Shown here piece after piece: positions 56,643-64,000 of a stretch of DNA of 64,000 nt (positions are counted from its first letter, which is position 1; each line of letters begins with the position of its first letter). The stretch lies in the IMG/VR virus record IMGVR_UViG_3300020056_002227, positions 96,001 to 160,000 of that record; one strand, given 5' to 3'. The notes beneath the pieces are model-generated. The model was given only the letters and a program-made list of their open reading frames with translations. It did not search any database and was not told the origin of the DNA. Source of the DNA: a virus. Both the position numbers and the translations under genes were made by a program.

Positions 56643-57458
56643 ATGGCAATCGCAAATTATTTTTACAATTCAACGACCAGAAAATATGTAGCTCTCTTTG
56701 GTACATATTTTAATCAGTTGACCATTGAAAGGCAGAATCTTCAAGGCACTCCAATTCAGCGTATGGTGGTGCCTATCTCATACGCACCATTTCAAAAGAT
56801 TTTGGCCAGACTTGAACAAGACCCAGAATTCGCAAATAAATCAGGCATCACTTTACCTAGAATGTCATTTGAACTCACATCTATGGCGTATGATCCTGAT
56901 AGAAAGATTTCACCCACGAGAAAGATAAGAAAGATCACCAAAGACGAGTCTACGGGGGCTCGTAATTTCATCTATGCTGGCACTCCGTATAATTTAGATT
57001 TCTCACTCTATATAATGGCCAAATATAACGAAGATGCAGTAAAATTACTAGAGCAGATTCTTCCGTTCTTTAATCCAGAATTTACGAGTACGGTAAGATT
57101 GATCGATGGAATTGAGCCAATCGATGTGCCTCTGATACTAAATAGTGTAGATACTGAAGAGTTATACGAAGCAGATTTTACAGAAAGACGCAGTATCCTT
57201 TACACACTTAATTTTACAATGAAGGCATGGTTCTTTGGCCCAGAGAGAGAAAAGAAGATTATCAAATTTGTGGATATTCGCGAATGGACCTCTATGGATC
57301 CACCCGAATCAAAAGGACCCGATGGTCAAATCACAATTCAGCCGGGCATGACCTCTGATGGTCAACCCACAACGATACTAAGCAATACAGTAGATTATAG
57401 TCTGATCGACTTTGATGATAACTGGGATTACATAGTCACACTTGATGATGGTTCTTAA
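56643..57458 (+). CDS. gp15: tail sheath stabiliser/terminator gp15
   Basis: YFYNSTTRKYVALFG, VPISYAP, LPRMSFE, YDPDRK and EQILPFFNP. Confidence 0.92.
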   Translation: MAIANYFYNSTTRKYVALFGTYFNQLTIERQNLQGTPIQRMVVPISYAPFQKILARLEQDPEFANKSGITLPRMSFELTSMAYDPDRKISPTRKIRKITKDESTGARNFIYAGTPYNLDFSLYIMAKYNEDAVKLLEQILPFFNPEFTSTVRLIDGIEPIDVPLILNSVDTEELYEADFTERRSILYTLNFTMKAWFFGPEREKKIIKFVDIREWTSMDPPESKGPDGQITIQPGMTSDGQPTTILSNTVDYSLIDFDDNWDYIVTLDDGS

Positions 57459-57474
57459 ATGATGGAGTTATATT

Positions 57475-57909
57475 ATGAAAATAGGTTTTACTTGTTCTAC
57501 ATTTGATCTACTGCATGCAGGTCACATACAAATGTTACGGGATGCTAAATCTCAATGTGATTATCTGATATGTGGCCTCCAGGTTGATCCTTCACTAGAT
57601 AGACTGGAAAAGAACGCACCAATTCAGACATTGGTTGAAAGGTATACACAGCTGAAATCCGTGCAATATGTGGACGAAATTATTCCTTATGAAACTGAAT
57701 TGGATCTGAAAGACATACTTGAAATGTACCACATTGATGTTCGTATTCTTGGTGATGAATATCGTAATTTAGAATTCACTGGCAAAGAAATATGTCAAAG
57801 CAGAAATATCGAATTATTCTTTAATAAAAGAGATCATCGGTTTTCTACTAGCGATCTAAGAAAAAGAGTCTGCCAGAAGGAGATAAGAGAAAATGCCAAA
57901 GAAAGATAA
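57475..57909 (+). CDS. glycerol-3-phosphate cytidylyltransferase (TagD-like)
   Basis: GFTCSTFDLLHAGH (HxGH), YVDEIIPY and RDHRFSTSDLR. Confidence 0.85.
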   Translation: MKIGFTCSTFDLLHAGHIQMLRDAKSQCDYLICGLQVDPSLDRLEKNAPIQTLVERYTQLKSVQYVDEIIPYETELDLKDILEMYHIDVRILGDEYRNLEFTGKEICQSRNIELFFNKRDHRFSTSDLRKRVCQKEIRENAKER

Positions 57910-58357
57910 AATTGCTGAGACACTTGGTATTAGGGATCTTGACGAAATCAAATCTGAATTAGAAGTGGTAAATCAACCTGCTCCAGTACAAGAAACACTA
58001 CCCGCAAATTCCTTTGATGGCGAAGACCGTCTGCCGGCCGTAACACAAGAGGCCGAGGAAAATCTAGCAGATATTGAACTTGCAAAAAGGAATATCGAAA
58101 ATATTATCAATCTCGGTGATGATTCGGTAAAAGAAATGGTAGAGATTGCGAAACAATCCGAATCACCCAGAGCATTCGAAGTCGTATCAACTCTTATGAA
58201 GACGTTACTCGATGCAAATAAAGATTATGTCGAAATGTCTACCAAGAAAAGATATGCAAGGGAAGAAGCTAACCCAAGTAAAAATCAGGTGACAAATAAC
58301 AATCTAATCGTTTCAACGGCAGATCTTCTTAAGATGTTGAAGGATGGAAGCGAATGA
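57893..58357 (+). CDS. gp16: terminase small subunit gp16
   Basis: ESPRAFEVVSTLMK and NNNLIVSTADLLKML; directly upstream of gp17. Confidence 0.88.
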   Translation: MPKKDKIAETLGIRDLDEIKSELEVVNQPAPVQETLPANSFDGEDRLPAVTQEAEENLADIELAKRNIENIINLGDDSVKEMVEIAKQSESPRAFEVVSTLMKTLLDANKDYVEMSTKKRYAREEANPSKNQVTNNNLIVSTADLLKMLKDGSE

Positions 58358-59958
58358 TAACTGGTTATCTGGGCAATACCAATCTCAAAAAGATTGGTGA
58401 GCAGATAGAATTTACACCCGAGAATCTAAAAGAATATATGAGGTGTATGAACGACCCTGTATATTTTTGTAAATATATCAAAATTGTTCATGTTGATAAG
58501 GGGCTAGTCCCCTTTGACCTATATGATTATCAGGAAGAAATCGTCAATAAAATTACTGACCATAGAAGATTGGCAGTCCTCACTGCGCGTCAGTCAGGTA
58601 AGACAACTACAGCAGTCGCAGTGATTCTTCATTATATCCTTTTTAATGAATATAAAACAGTAGCCATTCTCGCAAATAAAGGTGATTCTGCCAGAGAAGT
58701 ATTGAGCCGTGTGCAATTGGCATATGAAGCATTGCCCAAATGGATGCAACAAGGCGTTGAAGAATGGAATAAAGGTAGTATCTCATTAGAAAATGGCTGT
58801 AAGATATACGCAGGAACGACTTCATCAAGTGCCATTAGAGGTAAATCTATTTCATTCCTTTACCTTGATGAGGTCGCGTTTATCGAAGGCTACGATGATT
58901 TCTTCGCATCGGTCTATCCTACAATTTCATCTGGTGAGTCAACAAAGCTGATGATGACCTCTACTCCCAATGGTCTGAACCATTTTTGGAAAACCTGTAA
59001 GGGTGCTGAAGAGGGTACAAACGGTTATGAATTTACCAAGGTAATGTGGGATGATGTTCCAGGTCGTGATGAAAAATGGAGACAAGAAACCCTCGAAGCC
59101 TTAGATTTTGACGAACAAAAATTTAGACAAGAGTATTGCTGTGAATTTCTTGGTAGTTCTGGTACCCTGATTGATGGTTCAAAACTAAAAAATCTGGCAT
59201 ACTCTAGACCTATTGCAGAAAATGAAGGCCTTTACCAGTATATTAAAGCCGAAGAAGGCCACACTTATGTAATGACTGTGGATGTATCAAGAGGTAAAGG
59301 TCTTGATTATTCTACATTTAATATTATTGATATCACTGAAATGCCCTACCAACAGGTTTGTACTTACAGGGATAATCTGATCGGGCCTGTTGATTTTGCC
59401 TCAGTTATATATAGGGTAGGCTTACTCTATAATGAAGCTGCATTACTTATAGAAATCAACGACATTGGTGAGCAAGTTTCTGATGTTCTTACTATGGATT
59501 ATGGGTATGAGAATTTCTTGTATACAGAGAACGCAGGAAGAACAGGAAAGAGAATATCAAGTGGTTTTGGGAAGAAAGTTGATAATGGTGTGAGAACAAC
59601 AAAAAGTGTGAAATCAATTGGCTGTACGATCTTAAAGATGTTGATCGAACAAGACCAATTGCTTTTACGAGATTTTAACACAATACAGGAATTGTCCCGA
59701 TTTTCGAAAAAAGGATCCTCATATGAAGCCGAATCCGGCGCTCATGATGATTTGGTTATGAATTTGGTTTTATTCGCATGGCTATCAGATCAGAACTACT
59801 TCAAAGAGATGACTGATATAAACACCCTTATGAAATTAAGGGAAAGAACGGAAGAGCAAATTGAACAAGATCTTTTACCCTTTGGTTTTATTGACGATGG
59901 AAGTGATGATGAGATGTCCGTGTGGCAAGATGCCCGGGAAGGTTGGCAAATCCTGTAA
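58354..59958 (+). CDS. gp17: terminase large subunit gp17
   Basis: YLGNTNLK, Walker A ARQSGKTT, Walker B FLYLDEVAF, TSTPNG, nuclease VDVSRGKGLDYS and HDDLVM. Confidence 0.97.
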   Translation: MITGYLGNTNLKKIGEQIEFTPENLKEYMRCMNDPVYFCKYIKIVHVDKGLVPFDLYDYQEEIVNKITDHRRLAVLTARQSGKTTTAVAVILHYILFNEYKTVAILANKGDSAREVLSRVQLAYEALPKWMQQGVEEWNKGSISLENGCKIYAGTTSSSAIRGKSISFLYLDEVAFIEGYDDFFASVYPTISSGESTKLMMTSTPNGLNHFWKTCKGAEEGTNGYEFTKVMWDDVPGRDEKWRQETLEALDFDEQKFRQEYCCEFLGSSGTLIDGSKLKNLAYSRPIAENEGLYQYIKAEEGHTYVMTVDVSRGKGLDYSTFNIIDITEMPYQQVCTYRDNLIGPVDFASVIYRVGLLYNEAALLIEINDIGEQVSDVLTMDYGYENFLYTENAGRTGKRISSGFGKKVDNGVRTTKSVKSIGCTILKMLIEQDQLLLRDFNTIQELSRFSKKGSSYEAESGAHDDLVMNLVLFAWLSDQNYFKEMTDINTLMKLRERTEEQIEQDLLPFGFIDDGSDDEMSVWQDAREGWQIL

Positions 59959-59969
59959 GTCCGGTATTT

Positions 59970-59977
59970 TATAAATA
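59970..59977 (+). promoter_or_regulatory. T4-type late promoter TATAAATA
   Basis: Exact consensus in the gp17-gp18 gap; an AAGGAG RBS precedes 60037. Confidence 0.8.
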
Positions 59978-60036
59978 TAGTTAGTGAAGATATCTGAAAA
60001 TTTTTTAAAATACGATAATAATTAAAGGAGAAAAAT

Positions 60037-62067
60037 ATGGCTTTTTCCGTAAGTCCTTCCGTAATCGTTCGAGAAGTGGACGCATCGGCCGCGGTACCAG
60101 CCATCGCAACACCACCTGCCGCTGTTGCCGGTGTATTTAGATGGGGTCCTATTAACGAACCAATTCTATGTTCATCGGAAAATGATCTTGTAAATCGCTT
60201 CGGTAAGCCTACCGATGACAATTATGAGACATTCTTTGTTGCAGCAGATTATCTGTCATATGCAAATGCCCTATGGGTTGCACGTGTAGATAATGGAGCT
60301 GAAACAGCAGATGCATCCGACGTTGTACTGCATACTTCTGCAACTGCTTACGCTAACACTGCTGCCCCCGGTTACATTGCCGGTCAGACACCAGGTTCCG
60401 TAGGTAGTGTTGATATTGCTAATACAACATATGGTGCATTTGAAGGTCTATATGCAGGTGCTCTTGCGAATGGTATTGAAATTTCGTATGTAAAAGATAG
60501 CAGCTATGAGGCAGCACTCTTTGGTGTTGGTGATATTCCTGCTTCTAACCCTTTTGCAACGGATACCCGCGCGGTTTCTGGTTCAATCGTTGCACCCACA
60601 GATCAAACTTTTGCATTTAATACCAACTCTTTCCAGTTTACCACATCTAGTAATACTGATTTCTATGATGTTACTGGCATGCCAGGTGATACTCTTGTAA
60701 TCGGTAATGATTCAGTAGGCTATCAAGAACTGTCCATTTCTACTGTAACTCGAGAAGCAAACGAGATTGATTTAGACCCAACTGCAAACACGAATATTGT
60801 TGATGGATATTACACATATACATTCACAACGAGTGGTAATTACACACTTGCAGAAACCGAACCTAACAGCCTGTCTCTTTCAGTTAAGTGGAAGCATTCG
60901 AATCTGTTTGGTAAGGCTCCAGATACTGGTAATTACCACGTTGCAGTAATCGATTCTACTGGTAGTGTTACTGGTAATCTTGGATCGGCAGTAGAAATTT
61001 ATGAGAACGTATCTACATCACCGACTGCAACACTTCCTGATGGTAGAACAAACTACTATAAAGATGTGATTGATAACTTCTCTTCTTGGGTGAAGGTTGC
61101 AAATACTGTTCACTTTGAAGCTCAAACGGCATCTGTATATGAACTTCTTGAAGGTGGTACTGATGGAACCACAGAGGCAGCAACATCTCTTGCCGCTCTT
61201 GCTGGTGGTTACGACCTATTCAAGAACTCTAATGAGATCGATATTTCCTTTGTTCTTCAAGGTAAAGGCGATAACAGTGCTAATCTGGCAAATTACATCA
61301 TTAGTAATATTGCTGATTACAGAAAAGACTGTGTGGCATTCCTTTCTCCATCGAAAGAAGCAGTTGTTGATGAATTAAGAACCAATGCTAAGATGACAAA
61401 TACTATTGCATATCGCAATAAGCTACAGAGTTCTTCTTACTGGTTCATGGATTCTGGTTACAAGTACAGATACGACAAGTACAATGACAAGTACCGATAT
61501 GTACCTCTCAACGGCGACATGGCTGGACTTTCATCTAGGGTAGAACCTTATGAGTCTCCGGCTGGATTTAGAAAGGGCGTTGTGAAAAATGTTATCAAGC
61601 TTGCTTTCAATCCAAATAAGGCTCAGAGAGATCAACTTTACAGCGCAGATATTAACCCTGTAATGTCACAGGTTGGTCAAGGGATTGTCCTCTTTGGTGA
61701 TAAGACTGGTCTTGGTTCGACTAGTGCTTTCGATAGACTCAATGTTCGAAGATTGTTCATTGCTGTTGAGAAGGCTATTGCTAATGCAGCTCAATCTTTC
61801 TTGTTTGAATTGAATGATGAATTCACTCAGACACAGTTCAGAAACATTGTTGAGCCGTTCCTGAGAGATATCCAAGGTAGAAGAGGAATCATCGATTTCA
61901 GAGTGGTTTCTGATGCTACCGTAAATACTCCTACAGTAATTGATCAGAACAAATTCAGAGCAAATATCTTTATCAAGCCTGCACGATCCATCAACGTCAT
62001 CGAACTCACGTTTGTGGCTACTAGGAGCGGTGTAGAATTTGAAGAGATAGTCGGCGCGCTTACATAA
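60037..62067 (+). CDS. gp18: tail sheath protein gp18
   Basis: SPSVIVREVD, FRWGP, RKDCVAFLSP, GDKT...SAFDRLNVRRLF, FELNDEFT and IKPARSIN. Confidence 0.97.
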   Translation: MAFSVSPSVIVREVDASAAVPAIATPPAAVAGVFRWGPINEPILCSSENDLVNRFGKPTDDNYETFFVAADYLSYANALWVARVDNGAETADASDVVLHTSATAYANTAAPGYIAGQTPGSVGSVDIANTTYGAFEGLYAGALANGIEISYVKDSSYEAALFGVGDIPASNPFATDTRAVSGSIVAPTDQTFAFNTNSFQFTTSSNTDFYDVTGMPGDTLVIGNDSVGYQELSISTVTREANEIDLDPTANTNIVDGYYTYTFTTSGNYTLAETEPNSLSLSVKWKHSNLFGKAPDTGNYHVAVIDSTGSVTGNLGSAVEIYENVSTSPTATLPDGRTNYYKDVIDNFSSWVKVANTVHFEAQTASVYELLEGGTDGTTEAATSLAALAGGYDLFKNSNEIDISFVLQGKGDNSANLANYIISNIADYRKDCVAFLSPSKEAVVDELRTNAKMTNTIAYRNKLQSSSYWFMDSGYKYRYDKYNDKYRYVPLNGDMAGLSSRVEPYESPAGFRKGVVKNVIKLAFNPNKAQRDQLYSADINPVMSQVGQGIVLFGDKTGLGSTSAFDRLNVRRLFIAVEKAIANAAQSFLFELNDEFTQTQFRNIVEPFLRDIQGRRGIIDFRVVSDATVNTPTVIDQNKFRANIFIKPARSINVIELTFVATRSGVEFEEIVGALT

Positions 62068-62073
62068 TAAATA
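62066..62073 (+). promoter_or_regulatory. candidate late promoter AATAAATA
   Basis: Upstream of the AGGAG RBS of gp19. Confidence 0.55.
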
Positions 62074-62098
62074 AGATTATTAAAAGGAGAACACGAAT

Positions 62099-62632
62099 AT
62101 GAGTTTTAATATCAACGAGTTTAAATCACAGCTTGTCGGCGGTGGTGCTCGTCCAACTCTTTTCCAAGTTCAGATTCTAAATCCTGTAGATCCGGCCGCT
62201 GACTTTAAAGTTCCATTTATGGTACGAGCGGCTGGTATTCCAGGCTCAACTGTAGGACAATATGAGGTGCCCTACTTTGGTCGGAATATCAAGTACGCAG
62301 GAGATCGAACATTTGAAGATTGGACAATCACAGTAATCAACGATGAAGATTTTGCGGTTAGAAATGCTATGGAAGCATGGTCTAATGCTATCAATACCCA
62401 TGATAGCAACGTAAGAGCTTTGCCACAAGATTACAAGTCAAATGCTATCATTACGCAATTTAGTAAAGATGGAGATCCACTTAGATCGTATGTATTTGAA
62501 GGCATGTTCCCTGTTTCAATCGACCAGATTGAAATGGATTGGGGTACAGTCGATGCTATTGAGGAATTCGGTGTAACATTCAGTTATGATTTTTGGAGAG
62601 TTGAAGGCGTAACCGGCATTCCTACAAGCTAA
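62099..62632 (+). CDS. gp19: tail tube protein gp19
   Basis: GGARPTLFQV, PYFGR.IKYAGDRTFEDWTITVINDEDF and IEEFGVTFSYD. Confidence 0.96.
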   Translation: MSFNINEFKSQLVGGGARPTLFQVQILNPVDPAADFKVPFMVRAAGIPGSTVGQYEVPYFGRNIKYAGDRTFEDWTITVINDEDFAVRNAMEAWSNAINTHDSNVRALPQDYKSNAIITQFSKDGDPLRSYVFEGMFPVSIDQIEMDWGTVDAIEEFGVTFSYDFWRVEGVTGIPTS

Positions 62633-62655
62633 TTGATTATTGAGGAATTTAAATA

Positions 62656-64000
62656 ATGAAGATTTTTGGCTTTGAGATTAAACGAGAAGCAGAAGAGGCC
62701 AATGAGGTACCGGTCTCTTTTGCTGAACCTCTCAACGATGACGGTGCGATTACTGTTGGTAGTGCCCTTGGTGGGTTCTATAATACATTAATCGATTTAG
62801 AGGGCTCGGCTAAAACCGAGTCCGAACTCGTCACGAAATATAGGGGTATGGCCATGCAGCCTGAGATTGCTCAGGCTATTGATGAGGTTGTCAACGAAGC
62901 AATCAATGTTGACACGCACGAAAAAGTTGTCGATATTGTACTAGAAGATACTGAACTACCAGACAAAGTAAAGAAAATGGTAGCTGAGGAATTTGATAAT
63001 GTCCTCGGCTTGTTAGATTTTACTAATAATGCATATGATATGTTCAGCAAATTTTATGTTGATGGCAGAATGAACTATCATATCATCATTGACGATGATA
63101 ATTTAAAGAAAGGGATCACAGAACTTAGATACGTAGATCCTCGTAAAATTAAATTGATTCGTGAGGTGGATAAAAAGGGCAAGGACGAATGGTCTGGAAT
63201 GCCCACAAAAAAGGTGAAGAACGAATACTATTTGTATTCAGATAATGGGTTTGGCAATGGCCCAGGTGATTCTTCTACCGGATATAAGATTTCGAAAGAT
63301 TCTATTGCCAGGATTACATCGGGCTTGATGAATGAAAACAATTCATTGGTCCTTTCATATTTGCATCCTTCTATCAAGCCTCTTAATCAATTGAGAATGT
63401 TAGAAGATGCAACGGTCATTTACACACTGACACGAGCACCAGAAAGACGTATTTTCTATATTGATGTAGGTAACTTGCCAAAGAATAAAGCAGAACAGTA
63501 TCTCCGTGATATGATGGTTCGGCACAAGAACAAGTTACAATACAATGCATCTACTGGTGAAATTGCAGATTCTCGTAAGATGATGACAATGACTGAAGAT
63601 TTTTGGTTCCCTCGCCGAGGTGGTGAGAGATCCACAGAAGTAGATACACTTGCCGGTGGTAGTGCACAGGGCTTGAGTACAGATGAAAATTTACAGTATT
63701 TCCAACGTAAATTGTATAAGGCGTTGAGAGTACCTTTAACCAGATTGGAACCAGAGACAATGGTTTCATTTGGTCGTGTATCTGAGATTACACGAGATGA
63801 ATTGAAATTCAGTAAATTCATTCGAAGGCTCAGAGCAAGATTTTCTTGGTTCTTCAATCTGGTATTGGAAAAACAGCTTGTCTTAAAAGGTGTAATGTCA
63901 CCGGAAGAATTTGACCAGATCAGAAATAAAATTCGTTATGATTTTATTAGAGACAACTATTTTGAAGAACTAAAAGAGGCCGAGATTCTTAGAGAAAGAA
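62656..64000 (+). CDS. gp20: portal vertex protein gp20, 3'-truncated (absent from the ORF track because it has no stop in the window)
   Basis: ATG 62656 gives MKIFGFEIKR, then YVDGR, LRYVDPRKI, NQLRMLEDA, RAPERRIFYIDVGNLPK.KAEQYL, EDFWFPRRGG and ITRDELKF. Confidence 0.96.
   Translation, partial: MKIFGFEIKREAEEANEVPVSFAEPLNDDGAITVGSALGGFYNTLIDLEGSAKTESELVTKYRGMAMQPEIAQAIDEVVNEAINVDTHEKVVDIVLEDTELPDKVKKMVAEEFDNVLGLLDFTNNAYDMFSKFYVDGRMNYHIIIDDDNLKKGITELRYVDPRKIKLIREVDKKGKDEWSGMPTKKVKNEYYLYSDNGFGNGPGDSSTGYKISKDSIARITSGLMNENNSLVLSYLHPSIKPLNQLRMLEDATVIYTLTRAPERRIFYIDVGNLPKNKAEQYLRDMMVRHKNKLQYNASTGEIADSRKMMTMTEDFWFPRRGGERSTEVDTLAGGSAQGLSTDENLQYFQRKLYKALRVPLTRLEPETMVSFGRVSEITRDELKFSKFIRRLRARFSWFFNLVLEKQLVLKGVMSPEEFDQIRNKIRYDFIRDNYFEELKEAEILRER

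Noticed and set aside
360-63857. Numerous minus-strand and alternate-frame ORFs in the track (for example 10289-10870, 18249-18773, 63456-63857)
   Set aside because: They lie within long, motif-supported + strand genes and have no recognisable motifs; many are shadows of the GxQ repeats or of codon bias.
58354-64000. Introns, inteins or homing endonucleases in gp17, gp18 or gp20
   Set aside because: The reading frames are continuous and of ordinary length, with no insertion evident.
1-64000. tRNA or rRNA genes, Rho-independent terminators and host assignment
   Set aside because: Intergenic gaps are short and show no cloverleaf or GC stem plus U-tract. Nothing in the window identifies the host.

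Overview
This window is a 64-kb segment of a large T4-like (myovirus) phage genome, and all credible genes are on the + strand. It runs from the 3' part of a VrlC/DUF4815-like baseplate gene, through about 52 kb of fibre, adhesin, chaperone and glycan-modifying genes, into the conserved late block gp13-gp14-gp15-[cytidylyltransferase]-gp16-gp17-gp18-gp19-gp20; the portal gene runs off the end. T4-type late promoter boxes ((T/A/C)ATAAATA) precede many genes, and two near-perfect sigma70 promoters sit in the middle of the late region. The most striking observation is the 3162-aa putative virion protein (4610-14098). It carries 11 tandem 140-195-aa helical repeats plus one degenerate copy. Their K-C-x-R-D-x-G-Y...G-G motif and flanking helices match the phycobiliprotein globin fold, including the bilin-attachment Cys, which suggests a pigment (bilin)-binding virion fibre. 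Other highlights are a duplicated, domain-shuffled adhesin cassette marked by a 28-bp direct repeat, a C-terminal Hint domain ending HNK-stop, and recurring C-terminal and N-terminal motifs suggesting plug-and-socket fibre assembly. All family assignments come from motif recognition by eye; no searches were run.
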